A DNA stretch of 64,000 nucleotides, taken from NCBI GenBank assembly GCA_038087875.1, contig CM075977.1, forward strand, positions 115,382,001 through 115,446,000, in the 5' to 3' direction. A program made the translations under genes and the position numbers. This document shows, piece after piece, positions 53,100 through 64,000 of the stretch; the stretch's first letter is position 1, and each line of letters opens with the position of its first letter. The notes beneath the pieces were generated by a model that worked only from the letters and a program-made list of their open reading frames with translations, searched no databases and was not told the DNA's origin. Source of the DNA: Malacoraja senta (Eukaryota).

Positions 53100-53320
53100 A
53101 AGACGGCTAACCAATAGTGAGCAGGAGGCTGGCTAACCTTAGCCTCCCCAGCCCCAATTCAGGGCTATGACCAGTCGCCTTTGATTATCAGTTGCCAACA
53201 GCCCCTCTCTTGGCTCCTTGACATGAGCTCCATATAAGGCAGCGATCTCCATAGAAACGTGTCAGTTTCAATAGTAGTGTCAAAGTTCACTATATACAGA
53301 CATTCGCGCAGATCCCCCTT
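53100..53320 (+). promoter_or_regulatory. NR2F1 proximal promoter
   Basis: CCAAT at 53111 and 53154, CTTTGAT at 53179, CArG CCATATAAGG at 53230-53239, DR1 GTGTCA-A-AGTTCA at 53277-53289, TATATA at 53291; about 750 nt upstream of the ATG. Confidence 0.75.
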
Positions 53321-53869
53321 TCGGAAAAATTGCTCCGCTAGTCTTCCCGTTTAAACGCATTCATTTTGTCTCCCCCTTGCATATTCTATTAGTTGTTTTT
53401 TCTTTCCTCCCTTTCTCTCTCCACTCCGCATGAGAGGTGAAAATAGGGCGTTTTAGCGTCGGCCGTCCTTTTTTTTTGTCCTGGTGAGTTTTTTTTCTCT
53501 GACAATTCAGATCTTCGGAGAAGAAGGGATTTAACACTCGCCATACTTTACTTCGGATCGCGTGGTTATTTTTTTTCTGTGTGTGTCCCCTCGAATTGTG
53601 ATCGTTTCTTTTCTTTCTCCCACCCCCCAACTCCTATAATCTTTAACCCCTCGTTCCCTCCTATATTGCTTTCCTGAATGGCTGACTGCGTGTTGCCCTG
53701 GATCTGGCCTCCCGACACTTGCGTACCCTGATCGGGATATTTTTTTATTCTTTCTTTTTGCTGCCCATTTGTTTCGGTTACTGTTGATCAACACTCACTC
53801 ATTCATTCACTGCTCCCTATGTGTGTGTGTCTGAGTGAGTTGCTTTGATCGCAGTTGTATTCCTTTTCC

Positions 53870-53886
53870 TCCCTCTCCCTCTCTCC

Positions 53887-53939
<53 letters not shown>

Positions 53940-53940
53940 C
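53870..53940 (+). repeat. (CT)n microsatellite in the NR2F1 5' leader
   Basis: Direct reading. Confidence 0.95.
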
Positions 53941-54037
53941 TCATTTCTGTTACCACCATCCAACTCTGCTCCCTACCAACAGGACAAAAAAAATCCGTGC
54001 GATCAACTTGTTTTCCCGCACTTTTTGGGCCCGAGAT

Positions 54038-57651
<3,614 letters not shown>

Positions 57652-57654
57652 TGA

Positions 57655-58860
57655 GAGAAGGACACCCCTCCCCAAACAAAACAAAAAAAAACAAAAGCAT
57701 TTTAGGCGAGACACCCTCTCTATTCAAGGACTTGAAAGTTCCTATAGGATGATATCTGTGAAAATAAAAGGACCTTCCAAGAGGCCAAGCTGTTGACTGT
57801 GGGATTTATTCTGTGAAAATGAACTGAACTGCATCATATGTAGAACTACACTTACCACAAGCATTGTTTATCATTTTGTAAAATATTAGTCTTTATTTTC
57901 TTTTTTGTAAAATTAAAAAAAAAAACATCGTATGCGCATTTTAAAACAAATCAGAAATTAGGGGGAAAATAACATTTTCCAAATAATTATAAAATTGTCC
58001 TGTGTCTGTGTATCTATATCTGTTTTGTATTTTTTTTTCCTGGTTCCAAACCAGGTTTTCTGTGATTCTATACTAATTTTTTTATACGACCTTTTGCTTC
58101 ATATAACGAGTGCGATTTATGTCGTCAAAACTATGTTCTCCAAGAATTAAAATTGAAATCCGAATTAAACAAATAAATACAAGAATTTAGCACAGCATTT
58201 AAAATAAAGGAAACTTTGTCGCTTTAAGCGTATCGAATAGTCCTGCAGTATTGGCGAAACTGACGTTTTAAAAAGTGATCAGATTATTAGAGAGCACTCC
58301 GAAATGTTAATAGAAAAAACGTGTTTTTAAACTCTCACGCAGTGGACCCCCTAAAGAACATTTGTATTCTGTGTCGATTCCCATTGCCTCTGTAGTTTTG
58401 GTCTGAGTGTCCAAGGCACTTCTCTCTTTCATTTAACAAAGGTCTCCATGAACTCTGAAAGTAGTTTGACTGAAACTGCTCATTTATATTCAGGACTATC
58501 TTGATTAAAGTTTTATTTTGTTTATGAGAACCGCCCCCATCCTACCTCCGCATTGTCTCCGAATTTCCACGTGGAAATAAAAAGTAAATTTTCCCTGTAT
58601 GCCCCCACCCCAAGACTCTGAAGTACCATTCATCTCCCAGTTTTTAATCATGTAACCAAACTTTCCTATCACTACTGCCAAGCCTGTTTACCTGTAGTTT
58701 TTTTTAAAGAAACAACGTCTAGCAAAAAAAAAGTACAAGCGCTGTACTCTTGCAAAAGCTGTACTGTGGCGTTGACTTGTTCTGTTGGTATGATGGAATA
58801 TTCTTGTAAAAATGGTTGTTATGTTGGAACAGTTACAAAAGTGATATAAAAGAGATCTAT
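57655..58860 (+). other. NR2F1 3' UTR (proximal AATAAA at 58172; possible longer form to ~58860)
   Basis: AU-rich sequence after the stop; AATAAA at 58172 with further signals downstream. The end point is inferred. Confidence 0.55.
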
Positions 58861-61800
58861 CGTAGCTGTGTCTGTGTTATTCATCTCAGTTCGATGATCT
58901 ACAATATACATTTTAGAGCACTCCCATCCCAGATATATTTGGAAAATAATCTGCCTTAACACTCACATAAATGTTGTGTTCCCTCCTCATCCTCTAAATA
59001 AGACATTAAAGTTATATAGTGGTTACAGGATTTTAAAAAAATATTCGGAAGAAGATTTGAAAACCCTATCGCTTCCAAGCAGTGTAGATGTAAAGACTGC
59101 TGTGCCTTGTCCAGGGAAGGCTGTTGTAGATTTCAGTTGCTGCTTTCATTAATGTTTTATAATCCGGGTCAAAGCTCCAGCACACACTGTCATGGGAGAG
59201 CTTTAACAACTCTGCATCGAAATTAAACGTAACAGCCAACCCCGAGCAAAGCACCACAAGGCACATTGTGAATCTGAGAGAGTGGCTGCAAATGTCTGTG
59301 TGTTAGTGGGAGTGAAAGTATATTGTACGTGTGTATGTGTGAAATGTTTGTGCGTGTGTACGTGTGTGTGCACTTTCAGTTTCCTCTCCAAGCTTTCTAT
59401 TTCTATTTACATTTAACGAGAATCTGCTATCTGGCCGCTTGGGGTTTTTAACATTCTAGTCGCAAAGCTCCGGGATACACAAGGCGATGCCCATAGACTC
59501 TTTTAGATGGAATAATTAACGTGTAAATGGATTGTCTATATACGTTTTCCTGCACTTGTTTATATGCAGTGATAAACAGCATATGCAGCAATACTGTACA
59601 TACATGCCTACGCAGTCAAGATGAAACAACCCCCCCCCCCCCAAAAAAATAAACATTGATGTGCACACCCTGGTTATACTTACCATTCTGGATATTTCAG
59701 GGTAATTTCAGGGAGCTTGACTACAACTTATTGTCTGTTCTCGCTATTAGCGTTGTCACCAGGCCTCTGCCTCCTTCAACCCCGACTTTTACATCCCCTT
59801 GCACGGCCGCCCATCGACATCAAAGCCATAATAGATTATTTTAAATTTCATCGTTTCACCGTTAAATCCAATTAAAATACTTTAAAAACTTGTAGTACAG
59901 AGCAAGGCAGAGGCGTCCTGTGGTATTCCATGTCAGTTACTGTGGGGGTAGTAATTGCGTTCCAAATTTTTTTTAAATTGTATTTTGAAGCTCTGTTTCT
60001 AATTATTTGTTTGAATTCCCATTTTTAAGCACATTTTTTTTTTCTATTTCATGACTCTGATTGTGAGGCGTAAGACTGGATTCCGGCATATGTTACAAAC
60101 CCATCCCTTAATACCGCGCGATTCCACTCTACAGAAATTAACAGTTTTGACGTTGTCTGTGATGGCATTGAACACGCAATTCTGCCACTGTGTAAATACT
60201 GAATTCCACTTTCTTTATGCTAAAGCCATGTTTGTACATTGGGCACATGTTGTTTAATAACTGATAGCGTATTTTTCTTATTACCGTCTACTTAAAATCT
60301 CCGCAGACATTTTGTGAAATTGACAAAATGTCAGTATCTGAACTCAATCAGCTTAAGGCTTTATTCTCAAAATGTTGTCTTGTTTTATTTTTAATTTACA
60401 TTTTCTATTTAAGAAATGCAACCGAGCCGCTATCTCCGTAGATTTTCAGTCCAATACAAATAATTTGAATATTCAAATATTAATAGGGTTTTTTTCAAAA
60501 GCAAACTTCGGATCATTACTAAAAACATATCGACCTTTAAACTGGAAATGAAGGTTAATTTCAACTCTAGATGCCTGAATTCAACATTTATTGTTACATT
60601 TGACGATGTATTGTGATACAGGCTCTGTAAATCGCCGATTGTATTGAGGATGACGAACATATTTATATTAAAGGCTGTCCATCTCTTGGAGAAAGCGTAG
60701 TCCACGCAAATGCTTTGATAGCATGTGAAGCCATGATCATTTATACCAGATGGTAGCAAACAAATATGGCGTCTTTAAAGCATTAAAAGCATTACCTAAA
60801 ATAACATTGTCTACCGACCATTTTCAGTCTTTACACGTAAAAGCGGAACAGAAACAAAGCATGTTGGCCACAAAATCCATAGTTCAATTTCTGTCGTTCA
60901 GATTTATTTTACAAAAAAGCTGGGAATTATACAGTGTGTGGCCAATCTGCCTGGTACGTAGATTGTACTTACGTGTCCTGGAGGTTGTTCTCCAGCTACT
61001 TATATTTGTATTATTTACCTGTACTCTGCGTACCACAATGATTTATTTCTATCAAAATTGTGAATTTTTTGTGTAATAAAACACATTTCCACACACTACT
61101 GTTTCCCAATTTAAATGCTCCTTTCTGTTAATTTCCTATTTTAAATAAAATTTCGCAAATGATTTAATTTTTAATCATGCTGTTCTTTTCTCCCCAATAA
61201 ATTCTTCTGCAGTTAAAAGCAGGACTCAAATTATTTTACCGAGAAGGATCTAACATGCTGTGACATCGTGACTTTTAACCATTGACTTTGCAGTGTGGTT
61301 AATATGAGAGGATGGATTAGTGTCATGCCTTAGGAATAAACTCTAAATGAAATAAGACCCTGAATTAAGGAAAGATGTTTCAGAAATTAAAATAAGCCAA
61401 CAATCTAGGAAGTTTAAAGGGTGATTTAGGAGGTGGAGTTAGGTAGTAGTTGGAGCAATAACATATCCCGAGCTTTACATACCAGCAACTGAAATTGTAA
61501 AGCTGGTCCTTTTTTGAAGAAGAGGTGTTACATGTTTAAGAAAATGGAGACTGGTAATTGATGAGGGGGGGGGGGGGATATATTGCCACCATTGCATAAA
61601 TTAATCCGAACATGAGTCTGAACAATTAAATGCTGGATGAGTGTATGTTAGTGTACTTTTTAATAAAAACATGAAGCCAGCTGTGTATTGTTCGTATAAT
61701 AAATGATGTTTCAGCTTGGAAATATGTTTTATTATTTCACAAAACATTGCACTTCTTATTTTTAAAAAGAAGAAAAGAAGTATATTTCTGTCAAATTATT

Positions 61801-64000
61801 GAGCTGTTGATGCAGAATTCAGTTGGGTCTCATCCTCCATTCCGCCCCATACTTTTGCCCTGAATTATCACAAACATCATTCCCCAATCCCGTGTTTGCT
61901 TCGATTCTCATTTAAGCGCGCGTCTTGTCTTTCATACTACTCCATGTTTTTTATTGTGAAACTCACTGTTTGGACTATACCTACTGAAACACCCCATCTT
62001 TCCTCTTGGTTCTTGGAATTCTTGAACCCACTTTCCTGAAGCATTGCTGGAATCTCCGTTTGTCCCTGAATTTTCGCACTTGTGTTGACTCTCGTTTATG
62101 TCCTGAATTCACTTCGGAGACTTATTTTTATCTTCCTCTCGGCTTTATTTGTCCTTTAAATACTTACTTTTATGTCCCCTTTACCATTTTCGTTTTTAAC
62201 TTCACCACTTAATTCACCACATCACACCCTCCACCCCCTCCCTTACACCGCCTCATATCACAATTAATTTCCCCACGTAGCTGATTTCAGATTCTCCAAT
62301 GGATTGCTGGTGTTTTTCAGGTGTATTTTAAGCTGATGTAACCATAATGTTTGTTTAAAAAATCAAAAAGGAAGTCCCTTAGGGATCTAACTATGTAAAG
62401 GCTAAGTACTGTCTGTCTGTTGTTTGAACCATTTATTTTAAAATGTTTATTGCGGTTCAAGTTGAGCGAATTGAATTTATTTTCATTCCACCTGTCTATT
62501 TTCACCGCTTAACTCCTGCCACTTTTTCTTGCAGTTTGAGAACGCTTTAACACTAACAGATTAAAAAGATATTTGATCGGCCTGATTGTGAGCTGCAGAG
62601 CGAATCCCTTGGTGTTATATTCAATATGGTTTTGGAGAAAGCAGAGGGTTGAGAATAATCCTGAAAAGTAGTTAGTGTTCAAAAACACGCAGATTGGACG
62701 CACCCACCTCTTCGTACTTGTCAAGAAGGGTGGTTTTATTTTACAGACAAATGCCACTTGTCAAATAGGAAAAGTGCGTTTTAGTTGTTAAATTCTCGCA
62801 CATCCGAACCAACTATTATCACAAAACAAATCTATTAATCTCCGTGCGTGTGGTGGAAGTTAGAACTCGTTTAATTTTTGCACTGATGATCTAGTGACCA
62901 TTGTAATTGAGTGACATTTGAAATTAATGGCAAAATGTGGGTGAAGGAGTGGAAACTAATAAAACTTTTTTTAAATAGCGACTTGTTCTGGGTACATGGC
63001 GTCTCCGTGTCTTTCACTTAGAGAGCCAAGAGTTTTATTCCTAAATGAGTTAAAGACCCATTTACCGATGTCGTGTTCTATTCATCAACCTACAAGTCGA
63101 GAGTCTTACATGAAACTATTTGTTTGCTTACACAACCAGCTGGGCGCAATTTCACGTCTGAGATATCCATCTGAAAGCGACTCTCATTTATTATACCCAC
63201 TTGTCAGGAAAACGTTTCAAACCCCACACCGATGAATCCGAATTCCAGCGTCCACCCACTCCATAAAAAAATCAGCCTGAAAAAGTTCACATCACACATT
63301 TCAGTATCTTTAGAAGAGAGTGGACAAGTGCACAACCCGGATTCGTGTCGTGTCAGCCACTGGAAACTCCATTAGGTCCTTCTGCGGACGTTCTGATTAA
63401 AGAGAGGCACGATCGCCATTTATTTAATTGCAATTCAAAATTGTTGGCCTAGGGAAGGAAGCCCATCTAATTTTCAAACAGTGATAAGTTTTCTTTCGGC
63501 CATTGCTCAGACAAACAAAAAACGCAGTCGAATATCGTATATTTAGAAGACAACACCTTTTCCAAATATCTGCGCAAATAATTATTGTCCGTTTTATCAC
63601 AATCCAAATTATCACATGTATGGCATGGCACCATGCGAACTATTCAATGGTTATTGCAATGCAAAAGGTATTGCACTTTATCAAGAAAATATTTATGCTG
63701 TAGGCAGACTATCTGTGTGTGTGTGTGTGTGCACTGGGATGGGCATTATGTGGAGAGTAGATTTGGGTGAGGTTGGGTAACACATGTTAGATGCATTCAG
63801 ATTGCTTGGTCAACAGCATTGCTCTGGATTGCAGATGTGTTTTCTTTCTTAAACAGTTCACGAGAATGGTCTGATATAAACGCCGCTTACGTGACAACTG
63901 GGTTTAAACTTAAAAATGGACTTTCCAGCAAAATGTATTTTTAAAAAACATTGTGGCTTCTGTCTTTCTCCCTCGCCCGTCCCACCCCACCCCAGCAACC

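Noticed and set aside
53855-54037. In-frame N-terminal extension of NR2F1 in the ORF track
   Set aside because: Starts at TTG and translates a microsatellite (SLSLSL); the conserved start is MAMVV at 54038.

Overview
Vertebrate genomic DNA. The repeat content (V-SINEs, CR1 LINEs with CTATTGT tails, Deu-type SINEs, abundant Penelope-like elements) suggests a cartilaginous fish such as a skate or ray; this is an inference. The only protein-coding gene is a complete 3-exon NR2F1 (COUP-TFI) on the + strand (CDS 54038-54482, 55212-55739, 57377-57651; 415 aa). Its promoter carries CCAAT, TCF/LEF, CArG, DR1 and TATA-like motifs, and its long 5' leader has three uORFs. The first ~38 kb is gene desert packed with transposon debris: Penelope-like elements, CR1, Rex1/Babar, RTE-X, V-SINEs, non-autonomous Helitrons and a Harbinger-like MITE. 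From ~39 kb to the end I see no recognisable transposons, and CpG depletion relaxes from ~42.8 kb. The most notable hidden signal is a dispersed family of minimal type I hammerhead ribozyme motifs (CTGAAGA-A-stem II-GAAACGTH) in Penelope pseudo-LTRs. Several sit in tiny or palindromic insertions flanked by target-site duplications. There is a 164-nt assembly gap at 51678-51841.
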